From a virus (lineage: Duplodnaviria; Caudoviricetes): a stretch of DNA of 64,000 nucleotides. Of this stretch, positions 18,165 to 28,115 are shown piece after piece. The DNA lies in IMG/VR virus record IMGVR_UViG_3300010162_000393, positions 1 to 64,000 of that record, one strand, 5' to 3'. The first letter of the stretch is position 1. Each line of letters begins with the position of its first letter. Both the position numbers and the translations under genes were made by a program. The notes beneath the pieces were generated by a model, which was given only the letters and a program-made list of their open reading frames with translations, was not told the origin of the DNA and ran no database searches.

Positions 18165-21100
18165 CTAAAAGGGAAAAAGATCTTCATCTCTATATACTTT
18201 TCTAGTTAGTTTTTCTTCACTAACATCTTCATCCACTTTTTCTATAAGGTCTTCATAAGAGTTTTCGCAGATATCAGCAAGACTACCGATTTTTACATCA
18301 TATTTTTTAGAATAGAAGAAACCATTTTTTGAGTTGAAGTTTTCAACGAGTTTTTCGACTATAGTTTCTTGTTCTACATCAGAAGATAATATTTGATTAT
18401 ATAATTCTACCTCTGATTTAATATGTTCTTGTTTTAAAATTTCTTGTCTTTCTAAATATTCGGTTTTAATTGTTTCCCAAGTACCCATTACTTCTATAAG
18501 TTCCGGTGTATTCAAGAATGGTGGAACATTTTCTGGTAATTTTTCTAAAACATCTGGTACAGATAACCAAAACCTAATCTCCTTATCTTCCATAGTGTAT
18601 AACTCTTCCAAAGAATCTTGGTCGGTTGGTTTTTTGGGCATCCCTGATACTAATTGTGCTTTAATTTTATCATAACATCTAATATCTTTTGGGTCTGTTA
18701 TTAGAATTTCATTACGAATATCAGGGTTGAAGCAAACTAATAATCCACTAATACGTTTATTGAATTGTTCAATGTATTTTGGAATATTATATAAAATAGG
18801 ATTTTCATCAAATATATCCTCATTACCATAATATTCTATATCACTGTCTAATATTTTTTCATCAATTCTAATACAATTTAACTCATGTTTATAATGTAAT
18901 ATTTCTTTATCTTGAAGTGGTTGTCCTCTTTTACCATAAACAATATTACCAGTTTTTTTATCAATTCTATCTACTTTTATGGGATTGCCTTCACCATCTA
19001 AATTGTAAACAGGGGTTTTTACAACATCCCCTGTTCCCTTTTTATCACCAATATTGATATAATAAATGGTATCACCAGGGTTTACGTTAATATTCTCTCT
19101 AATAGCGAGTTCATACCATGCTTGTTTCGCCTTATCATTTCCCAATTTGTTTTTTCCGCTAACAGTTTCTTTATACTGTTTCAAAGAAACTTTTATTTTA
19201 CCAATAGAGGCAATTTGTTTTAATGGTATTCTACGATTAAATATTTTTGTGATATAATCATAGTAATTTTTTAAAAATTGATAACCATTTTCTTCTAATA
19301 ATAGTGGTAAGTTTGTGTCAATGAAGGATTCGATAAACTTCGGCATTTTCTTTGATTTGATTGAATTACCAACAAGTTTTATTTTACCGTTATCCAATAA
19401 GTCTGCATAGTTTTTTCGACTGAAATATATTGAACTTGGTACGATTTCATCTAAACCTAAACCCATTTTTTCACGCATAAATAAATCATTAAATTCTGAA
19501 CAATATGCGTCAATTCCCTTTGTTTCTTTACCTTCTTTTGTGTTTCTGTTTAACCCCTTTTCAATGTATGTATATTCTTTATTTATATTTCGATAAGTGA
19601 AGTTCACGCCGTCTGTATCAGCAATAATTGGTTCAAATCCCCTATCCATCATCCATTTTATCATTAATCGTAAACATTGTCTTGCAGTACAGGTAATTCT
19701 CTCACCACAGGAAACATCGCCCCATGGGAAAATATTCTCAGCGGAGTAAGATCCGAAAAATCCATTTGCGCATATCTTTAAAGGAAGTTGTAACTTATCA
19801 TATCTATTTTCTAATATTACCAAATTTCTAATTTCATTTTCACTAACATTTTCTTCCTTTAATTTTTTGATTTCTTTTCCGGTGTTTTTTTTCAATCCTT
19901 TATATCTTTCGCGTTCTGATAAAACATGATCTAATAATGCTTTGAATACACCACTAACATCTAATTTTGGAAAAATATCCCATGTTAGTGTTATTGCAGG
20001 ATAAAGTGAATTAAAATCGTATTTTACCACATCCTTTACAAATCCGGTCTTCCATAATCTTGACAAACCGCCTGTAAATGGTCTGAGTTTTCCTGTTAAT
20101 GGTATTGCAATATTATTTTCATACGAATATGCTAATAACATACTTTTCCAAACTGCGCTAGTCCCCATAGTACTAGTTCGTTGATAGGTTACAGGTAATA
20201 ATTTACATAAAAAATAGTTTGGTGAATTATAGATATATTCAACTCTATCACCCTCATATAAGTCATCTAATAAATATCTATCTGATAGATATTCTCCGGT
20301 AACAATATGTTCATCTTTGTTTAATATTTCGGTTTCTGATTTCAATCTCCATTCGCCATTTTCTTCATTCAAAACATAGTTTTCTTCTTTGTCATTGTAA
20401 ATTTCTGCAACTCTATTACCGGGAATATATACGCGATTAGGTTTTTTGACTTTTGCGTATTCGGCAGCATATTTCAAACTACCTGATTTGAAGTTACTGT
20501 CTATTGCTTGCGCTCGTCTTACTGCATGAAGTGAATCTATAATAGTATGATTAGGAAATACAGTAGGAAAGTAATATTCCATTTCACCACCAAGTTTTAA
20601 AACCTGTTGTTTTTGTTTTTTATATATTTTCTCACCGGTGTATATCAACGACATCATACCAAACCAATCGTCATAGGTATCAACATTTTTATAACGTTTT
20701 TTGATGTTGATTAGTTTTGAATCTAAATCTTTAATATGTTGAGTATTTTCTGTCCATGAATACCAATCAAAATCCTTTGATAATATTCTACTTCGCTTTA
20801 ACAAAAATTCCCAATCGAAGTTTTCACTATTATGTCCTGATATACAATCCGGATTTATTTGTCCAAGATAATATAAAAAATATTCTATTGCTTTTAGTTC
20901 GGATATATTTTCATTAACATGAATAATTTTTTCAAATCCTCGATTGGTTCTCATACCGATTTGGGTTATTTGACAATATTCCGGATTTAAACCTGTTGTT
21001 TCAATATCCCAAGTAAATCTTAACAGATCATCATAGTCGTCATAACCTTTGAAAAATCGTTTTCCTGTGTGTATTAGAAACATTTCCACAGGGGAAACTG

Positions 21101-21557
21101 ATAGAAAATGTCTTCTACCTTCAATTTCAGAATAAAAAACAGATGCTTTTAGATTCCAATTCAACGCTGTTTCAAAAAACTTTTGAAATGCGGTGTATGA
21201 CATCGCTTTATTGGCATAGAATAAAACGCGGTATCCTTCCGACATTCTTTCATGTTCAAAACCATCTGCATCTTTTGTTTGTAATCCTTTACAAGAGATA
21301 TGTTTTTTCCTCATTTCATCTTGTAATGTACTTCTATCCCCGTCAAATAATTTTTTGGATATGGTTGCGGTTGCCCAAACAAATGGATATAACTCAACTT
21401 CGCTACACATTACCCTATTGTTATCATCACGAGAATATACTCTTACAACATTATCGTTATAACCACACTCTACATTTGATATTCGTTTTTGAGGATCTCT
21501 TCCATTTAAAAATTTGTCTATTTTGTCTTGTTCTATCATTTTAATTTGTGTCTTCAA
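18165..21557 (-). CDS. Family B DNA polymerase with 3'-5' exonuclease
   Basis: ExoI WDIETTG, ExoII HNSENFDW, motif A YDFNSLYP, motif B KICANGFFG, motif C ADTDG and KNYA. Confidence 0.95.
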   Translation of the reverse strand: MKTQIKMIEQDKIDKFLNGRDPQKRISNVECGYNDNVVRVYSRDDNNRVMCSEVELYPFVWATATISKKLFDGDRSTLQDEMRKKHISCKGLQTKDADGFEHERMSEGYRVLFYANKAMSYTAFQKFFETALNWNLKASVFYSEIEGRRHFLSVSPVEMFLIHTGKRFFKGYDDYDDLLRFTWDIETTGLNPEYCQITQIGMRTNRGFEKIIHVNENISELKAIEYFLYYLGQINPDCISGHNSENFDWEFLLKRSRILSKDFDWYSWTENTQHIKDLDSKLINIKKRYKNVDTYDDWFGMMSLIYTGEKIYKKQKQQVLKLGGEMEYYFPTVFPNHTIIDSLHAVRRAQAIDSNFKSGSLKYAAEYAKVKKPNRVYIPGNRVAEIYNDKEENYVLNEENGEWRLKSETEILNKDEHIVTGEYLSDRYLLDDLYEGDRVEYIYNSPNYFLCKLLPVTYQRTSTMGTSAVWKSMLLAYSYENNIAIPLTGKLRPFTGGLSRLWKTGFVKDVVKYDFNSLYPAITLTWDIFPKLDVSGVFKALLDHVLSERERYKGLKKNTGKEIKKLKEENVSENEIRNLVILENRYDKLQLPLKICANGFFGSYSAENIFPWGDVSCGERITCTARQCLRLMIKWMMDRGFEPIIADTDGVNFTYRNINKEYTYIEKGLNRNTKEGKETKGIDAYCSEFNDLFMREKMGLGLDEIVPSSIYFSRKNYADLLDNGKIKLVGNSIKSKKMPKFIESFIDTNLPLLLEENGYQFLKNYYDYITKIFNRRIPLKQIASIGKIKVSLKQYKETVSGKNKLGNDKAKQAWYELAIRENINVNPGDTIYYINIGDKKGTGDVVKTPVYNLDGEGNPIKVDRIDKKTGNIVYGKRGQPLQDKEILHYKHELNCIRIDEKILDSDIEYYGNEDIFDENPILYNIPKYIEQFNKRISGLLVCFNPDIRNEILITDPKDIRCYDKIKAQLVSGMPKKPTDQDSLEELYTMEDKEIRFWLSVPDVLEKLPENVPPFLNTPELIEVMGTWETIKTEYLERQEILKQEHIKSEVELYNQILSSDVEQETIVEKLVENFNSKNGFFYSKKYDVKIGSLADICENSYEDLIEKVDEDVSEEKLTRKVYRDEDLFPF

Positions 21558-22887
21558 TATTTACTTCTTCACTATCATTCGCCTTAGATTCCATACCAAG
21601 AAACGAAAAACATTTCAATTTGTATACTTCTATACCAACAGTTTCTTTGCGAATAACAATTCCCTCAAACGGAACTTTGTTTTCACAATCTGGGTCATCC
21701 ATTTCCATATTCCATGTTTTTTCATTCCTTAATCTATAAAGTAAATTACTACCCCAATGTTCAGAAACTTCAATCAAATCCGGATATAAATCTTTCAATT
21801 TACCATAATACAATTCTTTAACGGAAGTTAATCCGTTTTGTTTGCACCATTCCTTTACCCATTGTGTGGGAAATTCATATGTTTTTCCGGATGGTGTTGT
21901 TAATGTGATTCGGTATATGATAATTTTAAACTCACCTTCCGAACACCCATAATCATAATTTTTTTGAATGAATTTATAACTACCAGGTAAATAACCACAC
22001 AATTCACAATAAACTGTCATTCCTTCAAGTAAATGTGGAAGTAATATCTCATTTGCCTTACCCCAAACATCCACATTATAGAATCCTGCACCAACATCTT
22101 TGTTGATAAATCTATTTTTAACAACAGTTCTGGAAGAATATACATTACCGTATTCACTTTCTTGTACTTTTACACCAAACCATTTTGCAATTTTTTCTTT
22201 CAATGACAATTTACGATTAACCAATACCTTTCCGATACAAGCAGAAGTGCCGTGTATCTTTGAACTGATTTGTACAATATCATCCGGATTCAATTTATGA
22301 ATATTCCGCTGTAATTGTTCGGTATCAATATGAAATTTCCACTGATTTTCGACTAACCTGTCAAATTGTCTTAATTTTTTATCGTGTTTACTTCTCTTGG
22401 TTGTTGGGCCAGACTTTTCCTGCGATCTAACAACATATTTGTTAGAAAACAACACCCCATTAATGGTATCAAAATCACAGTCTAAATAATCTTCAATATT
22501 ATCAATAACTAATTTTGATTGCCAATAATATAACCAGTGAATTGGAAATATGAATCCTTCCGAAGGGACTTCACGCAACTTCACCGCACGAACTCTACCT
22601 TTTTTATTGAAAAAACCTCTTTCCTTGTTGTCGGCGTTTAATTCGGTATCTTCAAACTGGTTGTTCAAACTAAGAAAATCGCTATTAATTTGAGATTCAA
22701 CTGGACAATAAATCGCAATATCACCAAAACGGAAGGTTTCCTTTCTGGTGATAACGTTGAATCCCATTATAGATATTATTTCTAACCTATCTGCATTTTC
22801 GTGGTTACGAATATTATCTATTTTTATAACCCGACAAGCGTAGTTCGGATTAAACTTTTCAGACTGTGAAAAAATACTCTTTGCCAT
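21541..22887 (-). CDS. RNA ligase, DRB0094-like (N-terminal OB-fold plus nucleotidyltransferase domain)
   Basis: HENADRLE and RVRAVKLREVPSEG OB-fold; SKIHGTS motif I, YCEL, and EGIVIR motif IV. Confidence 0.85.
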   Translation of the reverse strand: MAKSIFSQSEKFNPNYACRVIKIDNIRNHENADRLEIISIMGFNVITRKETFRFGDIAIYCPVESQINSDFLSLNNQFEDTELNADNKERGFFNKKGRVRAVKLREVPSEGFIFPIHWLYYWQSKLVIDNIEDYLDCDFDTINGVLFSNKYVVRSQEKSGPTTKRSKHDKKLRQFDRLVENQWKFHIDTEQLQRNIHKLNPDDIVQISSKIHGTSACIGKVLVNRKLSLKEKIAKWFGVKVQESEYGNVYSSRTVVKNRFINKDVGAGFYNVDVWGKANEILLPHLLEGMTVYCELCGYLPGSYKFIQKNYDYGCSEGEFKIIIYRITLTTPSGKTYEFPTQWVKEWCKQNGLTSVKELYYGKLKDLYPDLIEVSEHWGSNLLYRLRNEKTWNMEMDDPDCENKVPFEGIVIRKETVGIEVYKLKCFSFLGMESKANDSEEVNIEDTN

Positions 22888-23146
22888 TCTTTACTTTTTT
22901 AACTAATGTTATTCTACCCTTTGTTGCCATTGCGAACACCTCTTCTTTTGTGTACCCTTTTTTCAAAAGTTCTTTTGCTTCGTCATTTGAAGTGTTGAAC
23001 TTTGCAATACAAACATACCCTTTTTGTATGTATTTAAACTTCTGCCGGGATGCTACCACAACAATTCTTCCCTCTGGGGATTTTATCACAAAATCAATCA
23101 TGTTATTAATATTTAAACGTTTTAAACCTTGCTTTTCCTGCTTCAA
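22859..23146 (-). CDS. Hypothetical protein
   Basis: 95-aa ORF in the minus-strand operon. The true start may be the downstream MIDFV. Confidence 0.55.
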   Translation of the reverse strand: MKQEKQGLKRLNINNMIDFVIKSPEGRIVVVASRQKFKYIQKGYVCIAKFNTSNDEAKELLKKGYTKEEVFAMATKGRITLVKKVKNGKEYFFTV

Positions 23147-23384
23147 TCACTCTTTGAATCATTGTGTCAAAGTCTAATTGAAATACATCGCTTCTCCATT
23201 CACCTTTCCACACACCTATTAGTGTTCTGTTATCCACCGGGATTAAATTGTCTTCGACAAAACTTTCAAAGTCTGTTTTACCACCTAAATTGTACGCCTT
23301 TTGAACTATCTTACCGTCAACAATTTTTGTTACGATAACAGGATTCAATGGCGTGATTGGAAATTTTTCGTTATCCGTCCGCAT
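23106..23384 (-). CDS. Hypothetical protein
   Basis: 92-aa ORF with a GVWKGEWRSDVF block. First gene downstream of the 23436 motif. Confidence 0.7.
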   Translation of the reverse strand: MRTDNEKFPITPLNPVIVTKIVDGKIVQKAYNLGGKTDFESFVEDNLIPVDNRTLIGVWKGEWRSDVFQLDFDTMIQRVIEAGKARFKTFKY

Positions 23385-23435
23385 AATATTTTTATTTTAA
23401 AATTTAACATTTGGATAACAATAAAATTTTAACAA

Positions 23436-23448
23436 TTTTTTCTGATCA
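23436..23448 (-). promoter_or_regulatory. TGATCAGAAAAAA recurrent upstream motif
   Basis: Lies in the divergent intergenic region, about 52 nt upstream of the operon leading to RNA ligase and DNA polymerase. Confidence 0.6.
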
Positions 23449-23521
23449 CGTAACTCTTGTATTAGCAACCGATTTTTCTAAATTTACTATAAAAACACTA
23501 TTTATAAAAAAATTATTTAAT

Positions 23522-26149
23522 ATGATAACAAATGAATGGATCAAGGTTGATAAAAATCTGATTACAGAAAGAAATAAGGATAACGAAGAAGATATAAAAA
23601 ATAAAGCGCGTTTACCTATAACTCATTTCAGCAGTGCATTTGAAGCAGATGATATTGATTTAGAAAATAATAAGTTGGTAAATGTTAGATTGCGACCAGG
23701 TCTAAATAGTGCTTTTGATAGACCAGCGCAAGGAGGTCAATATAAAGGGGAAAAATCACCACATTACAGGGGTGAACCGGTTTTTACTGTAACTATATCT
23801 GGCGAAAAATCTAATCCAGAAATTAGGGGTCATCAATATTATGTGGATAGTGATGGAAATTTGATTATAACATCAAGAAAGGGTGGAGAACCTGGTCCTA
23901 TTAGAAATCATGGTGTACATGTTGATACTGCTAAACAATATAGAGACCAAAATCTATCTAGAAAACAAGTAGAAAAACTAAATTCTATTTCAGATGATTC
24001 TCCAAATCAAAATACGGTATCAAAAGCAAGTGAAGCGACAACTCGTGTTGCGCTTGAAAAATATATAGAAGAACGTCTTAATGAACGTGGGATAAAAACA
24101 GATTCTTCTAAAATAGAGGGTACTAAAAAAGCAAATAATATTATAACATCTGTTTTTAAAAAAATATTTTATGAAACTCCTGATACTATGGAGAGAAATA
24201 CTGGAAGTTTCGTTGGTAAGGTTAGACAAGTATTTAAAGATAATCATTTTAATTATAATGATATTGTTAATTCAGATTTATTAGATAAATTATATATTAC
24301 ATACAATGATGATGATTCTGAAGATGGTAGTGGAGAAGAGTTATATAGTTATATTAGATATGGTATATATGGTAAAAAAGATAGAGTATTAACAAACGAT
24401 GGTAAATATTGGACACCTGAAGAAGTTAAGAAACTTGTGAGTACGCGACCTGAATTAGAAGAAGATGGGTATTTTAAATTGTTTAGTGGAGTATCAAGCA
24501 ATACTCTATCTGTTGCAGAAGCAATAGATATAGAAGTTAAGTTAATGGCAGAAGATTTAGGTGTAGAAAATGAGGAAGATATTAAGGGTAAATTTGATAT
24601 GTTGTTTGGTACAAATAAATCCGACATTTCTGATTTAAAACACGGATCTACTAATCATCCATTTAATCCGGATAGAAGCGCAAAAAGAAATTTTATACCA
24701 ACCCCTGAATTTAGTACTATTATTGATAATCTTATTGGTGGTTTTGAAAAAAAGGGTTATTTCCTTAATGATTTAGAAGATAATAAAAAGAAACAATTTT
24801 ATAGTACTGTTAAGTTTTTAAAAACTCTTAACTATATGGAATTTACTGATGGTTATTATTATAAAGAAAGGGGTGGTGATTTAAAAGTGGTAAATCTTCA
24901 TCCTATTGATATGTCTGAAAAAGAGTGGAACAAGTTATCTAAAAAAGAACAAGAAAAGGTTATAAAAGATGTGTCTTGGAGAAATGCTTTGGAATATATT
25001 TATAACACACTTTTTTCAAAAATAACAGGAGAAAAAGAAGAGGAAGAGCGTAAAAACACTCCAGAAGAAGATAATGAAATAAAAAACCATATTAAAAATA
25101 TTGTTTCTAAATATAAAACAATTATAATGGATCATTATAAAGTGGACGAAAAAACTTTAAATAGAGCGGTAAATAACATATCTAAACTTAAAAGTGTAAC
25201 AAATACTGATTTTAAGCAAGAAAAACTTCCTTTTGATTATAACTACACATCTGAAAAAAATAAAGAAGACGTTATAAATTCGATTCCAATTGTTACACCA
25301 AGTGAAAAAAAAGTTAAAAAACTAGAAACAAGAAATATTAAACATAACCAAATGTTAGGTGAAGATTATCAGGAAAGATTACCAGATCCGGAAAGAACAT
25401 CCGAAGATTTAGAAAGGACATTACAAAACAAATTAGATAAAATGTTCAGTTACAATGTTTCGGATTTCACTAGTATGACTTTATTAAAAATGGAAATAAA
25501 AAATCAATTACTACCTGAAACCCACCCCGTAAAAATAGGTAAAATAAAAAAAGAAATTGAATTAATTAATTTTAAAGAATTTCCTAATGCGATATTAGAA
25601 GAAGAAGATTTGGGTAGATGGGCAAGAAATTATGAATTTGCTTCTCTATCTGGTGAAAGTTTAAAATCTGCTATAAGAAAAGTGGTATTTGGTGGAAAAT
25701 CAAAAATTGGAAATGATAAACAAACCCCTAATCCTACAGAAAAACCGGAAATTGGAAATGATAAACAAACCCCTAATCCTACAGAAAAACCGGAAATTGG
25801 AAATGATAAACAAACCCCTAATCCTACAGAAAAACCGAAAAGATTAGAGGATTTACTTAAAGAATTGGTTCCAAGCGGTACGAAAATAAGAGATTTTGAT
25901 ATGGATATGTTAGAAACCGCTTATGGTGGAAGGGTATTAAGAGATTATCCTGACATTGATCATGTTACAGGTGAACCTAAACTTAAAAAGAATGGTGAAC
26001 CAAGAATGATAAATGATCTTACAAATGCAATTAGAAGTATAAATAGTTTAGTTAATTCTTATATAACACAAACAAAATCAACAAAAAATCAAGATGAAGA
26101 GGATGAAGAATATTACAAATCTCTTGGTTTAGGAACAATTGAAGTATAA
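23522..26149 (+). CDS. Large hypothetical protein, possibly virion-associated
   Basis: ATG at 23522 (MITNEW) follows CTATTTATA at 23498. The ORF-track TTG start at 23411 overlaps the promoter region. Confidence 0.8.
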   Translation: MITNEWIKVDKNLITERNKDNEEDIKNKARLPITHFSSAFEADDIDLENNKLVNVRLRPGLNSAFDRPAQGGQYKGEKSPHYRGEPVFTVTISGEKSNPEIRGHQYYVDSDGNLIITSRKGGEPGPIRNHGVHVDTAKQYRDQNLSRKQVEKLNSISDDSPNQNTVSKASEATTRVALEKYIEERLNERGIKTDSSKIEGTKKANNIITSVFKKIFYETPDTMERNTGSFVGKVRQVFKDNHFNYNDIVNSDLLDKLYITYNDDDSEDGSGEELYSYIRYGIYGKKDRVLTNDGKYWTPEEVKKLVSTRPELEEDGYFKLFSGVSSNTLSVAEAIDIEVKLMAEDLGVENEEDIKGKFDMLFGTNKSDISDLKHGSTNHPFNPDRSAKRNFIPTPEFSTIIDNLIGGFEKKGYFLNDLEDNKKKQFYSTVKFLKTLNYMEFTDGYYYKERGGDLKVVNLHPIDMSEKEWNKLSKKEQEKVIKDVSWRNALEYIYNTLFSKITGEKEEEERKNTPEEDNEIKNHIKNIVSKYKTIIMDHYKVDEKTLNRAVNNISKLKSVTNTDFKQEKLPFDYNYTSEKNKEDVINSIPIVTPSEKKVKKLETRNIKHNQMLGEDYQERLPDPERTSEDLERTLQNKLDKMFSYNVSDFTSMTLLKMEIKNQLLPETHPVKIGKIKKEIELINFKEFPNAILEEEDLGRWARNYEFASLSGESLKSAIRKVVFGGKSKIGNDKQTPNPTEKPEIGNDKQTPNPTEKPEIGNDKQTPNPTEKPKRLEDLLKELVPSGTKIRDFDMDMLETAYGGRVLRDYPDIDHVTGEPKLKKNGEPRMINDLTNAIRSINSLVNSYITQTKSTKNQDEEDEEYYKSLGLGTIEV
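25704..25837 (+). repeat. Three exact 45-bp tandem repeats encoding (E/K)IGNDKQTPNPTEKP
   Basis: Units start at 25704, 25749 and 25794. Confidence 0.95.
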
Positions 26150-26150
26150 T

Positions 26151-28115
26151 ATGATTAGTCAAGAACAACAAGTAGAAGAATATATAAAATGTTTTCAGGA
26201 TAAAAGTAGAATATATTTTATTGAGAACTATCTACAAACATACGATGCGACACAAGAGCGCGACGTACAATTTAAATTATTTCCAAAACAAAAAGAATTT
26301 TTAATTAACGTATCTGAAAACACAAACTCGATTGTTTTGAAACCAAGACAATCTGGTTATTCTACTGTCACATGTGCGTGGATTGCCGCTACTTTGGTAT
26401 TAGCACCAGATGAAAAGAGAGAAACTGCCGTAATTGTTACCAACAAATTGGGTATGTCAAAAGACGACTTGAGTAAAGTACGTGTTTTTCTTGAACAAAC
26501 CCCGCGTTGGTTTTTCGGACCAGAATATTATCACCCTGACGAAGATTATGAAAACGCTAATGGTGAAAAAGTAAATAAAAAACCAATTTTTAAACGTGCC
26601 ACACTTGAAGAATTGGAATTATTTAATGATTGTAAGGTGTATGCGAGAAGTTCTGGACCAAATGCTGCTCGTGGTATATCCGCTGCTTCTATTGTTATGC
26701 TTGATGAGGCGGCATTTATTGAACGCGGTGCAGATGTTGCTGCTTCTGTAATAAGAACAACCGGTACAGTAAAGGATAAGCGCATTATAATGATATCCAC
26801 CCCTAATCTTAAAGATGAATTATATTATAAGACATATCATAATGCTGAATTAGGTAAAAATAATTACAAAATTACCTATTTGAAGTGGTATCATGACCCG
26901 CGTTTTAATAAATTTCTTAAATGGTGGAAAGAAGTTCCTTCTGTTAATAAAAAAGGTGAGGAAATAGTAAAGAAAATATGGGATGAAGATGAGGTATTGA
27001 ATAAAAACGGCGATGTTAAATATGATCCCGATAGGTGGTTAGAATTAGAAGGTGATGGTTGGAGAGCAATATCACCATGGTACATATCCGAATGTAATTC
27101 TTCAAATAATGATTCTATTAAAATAGCACAGGAATTAGAATGTTCGTTTTTAGGATCGGGAAATACTGCAATTAAACCAGAAGTTATTGAAATGCAACGT
27201 AATAAAAATGTTTCTTCTGATTACAAAACTGACCCGTTATATTCAGAAATGAGAATATGGAAATATCCTATCGAAGGGCATAGATATATTCTTACCGCAG
27301 ATTTATCTCGTGGTGATGCTGGGGATAATTCCGCCATTGAGATAATGGATTTGGATGCTGTTGATGAAGACACCGGAGAATGTTACATTGAACAGGTTGC
27401 TGAATTTGAGGGTAGAATGACAGGTGATATAGTAGCAGACATTTGTTTTAAATATGGTTTAATATATAATAATGCTCTGATTGTTAGTGATAATACCAAT
27501 GGTTACGGAGAAGTTGTTAGTTTAGCACTGGTTGCAAGAAAATATCCTAACATATATTATGGTATAAATGTTCAAAAAGAATATTTAAAAGATAATAGTA
27601 AAAAAGAATTTGAAACACCGCAGGATGAAAAGGTTCCTGGTATGCACATAAGATCCCAAAGAACATTTATGATAGCAAAATTCATTGAAATGTTAAGTAA
27701 TAATTCTCTACGAATTAGAAGTGTTAGAACTATCGCTGAAATGGAGACTTGGATAATCAAAAACGGTAAAGTTGATCACGCTAACGGATGTCATGACGAC
27801 ACCCTAATAGCATTAGCAATGGGAGTATATGTTTTTGAGAATTATATTTTGAAGGGTGAGAGTCAAAAAAATAAAGTGAAAACTGCGTTGGGTTTAATGG
27901 CAAGGGATTGGGCAAACTCATTAAGAGATAATAATAGTGCAGATGTAAATCCAAGAAACCCATTAGTAAAAAAACCACCTGTTGGATTTTTCACCAGTAC
28001 TGTTGTAAGGAAAATTAAAGAACAACCAAAAAGATTTTACGCTGCTCCTAGAGGTAGTAGTGCGGAATTTTATACTTATAACCCTTTTGATCCTACAAAT
28101 AAAAATCGCTTCTAA
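26151..28115 (+). CDS. Terminase large subunit
   Basis: KPRQSGYST Walker A, MLDEAAF Walker B, ISTPN, QELECSF, nuclease ADLSRGDAGD and HDDTLIALA. Confidence 0.93.
   Translation: MISQEQQVEEYIKCFQDKSRIYFIENYLQTYDATQERDVQFKLFPKQKEFLINVSENTNSIVLKPRQSGYSTVTCAWIAATLVLAPDEKRETAVIVTNKLGMSKDDLSKVRVFLEQTPRWFFGPEYYHPDEDYENANGEKVNKKPIFKRATLEELELFNDCKVYARSSGPNAARGISAASIVMLDEAAFIERGADVAASVIRTTGTVKDKRIIMISTPNLKDELYYKTYHNAELGKNNYKITYLKWYHDPRFNKFLKWWKEVPSVNKKGEEIVKKIWDEDEVLNKNGDVKYDPDRWLELEGDGWRAISPWYISECNSSNNDSIKIAQELECSFLGSGNTAIKPEVIEMQRNKNVSSDYKTDPLYSEMRIWKYPIEGHRYILTADLSRGDAGDNSAIEIMDLDAVDEDTGECYIEQVAEFEGRMTGDIVADICFKYGLIYNNALIVSDNTNGYGEVVSLALVARKYPNIYYGINVQKEYLKDNSKKEFETPQDEKVPGMHIRSQRTFMIAKFIEMLSNNSLRIRSVRTIAEMETWIIKNGKVDHANGCHDDTLIALAMGVYVFENYILKGESQKNKVKTALGLMARDWANSLRDNNSADVNPRNPLVKKPPVGFFTSTVVRKIKEQPKRFYAAPRGSSAEFYTYNPFDPTNKNRF

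Noticed and set aside
23411-23521. ORF-track N-terminal extensions (also 5256-5342, 9457-9552, 12632-12703)
   Set aside because: They overlap promoter or terminator elements or neighbouring genes. Downstream starts fit better.
25704-25837. Possible mini-CRISPR
   Set aside because: The units are directly adjacent with no unique spacers and keep the reading frame.
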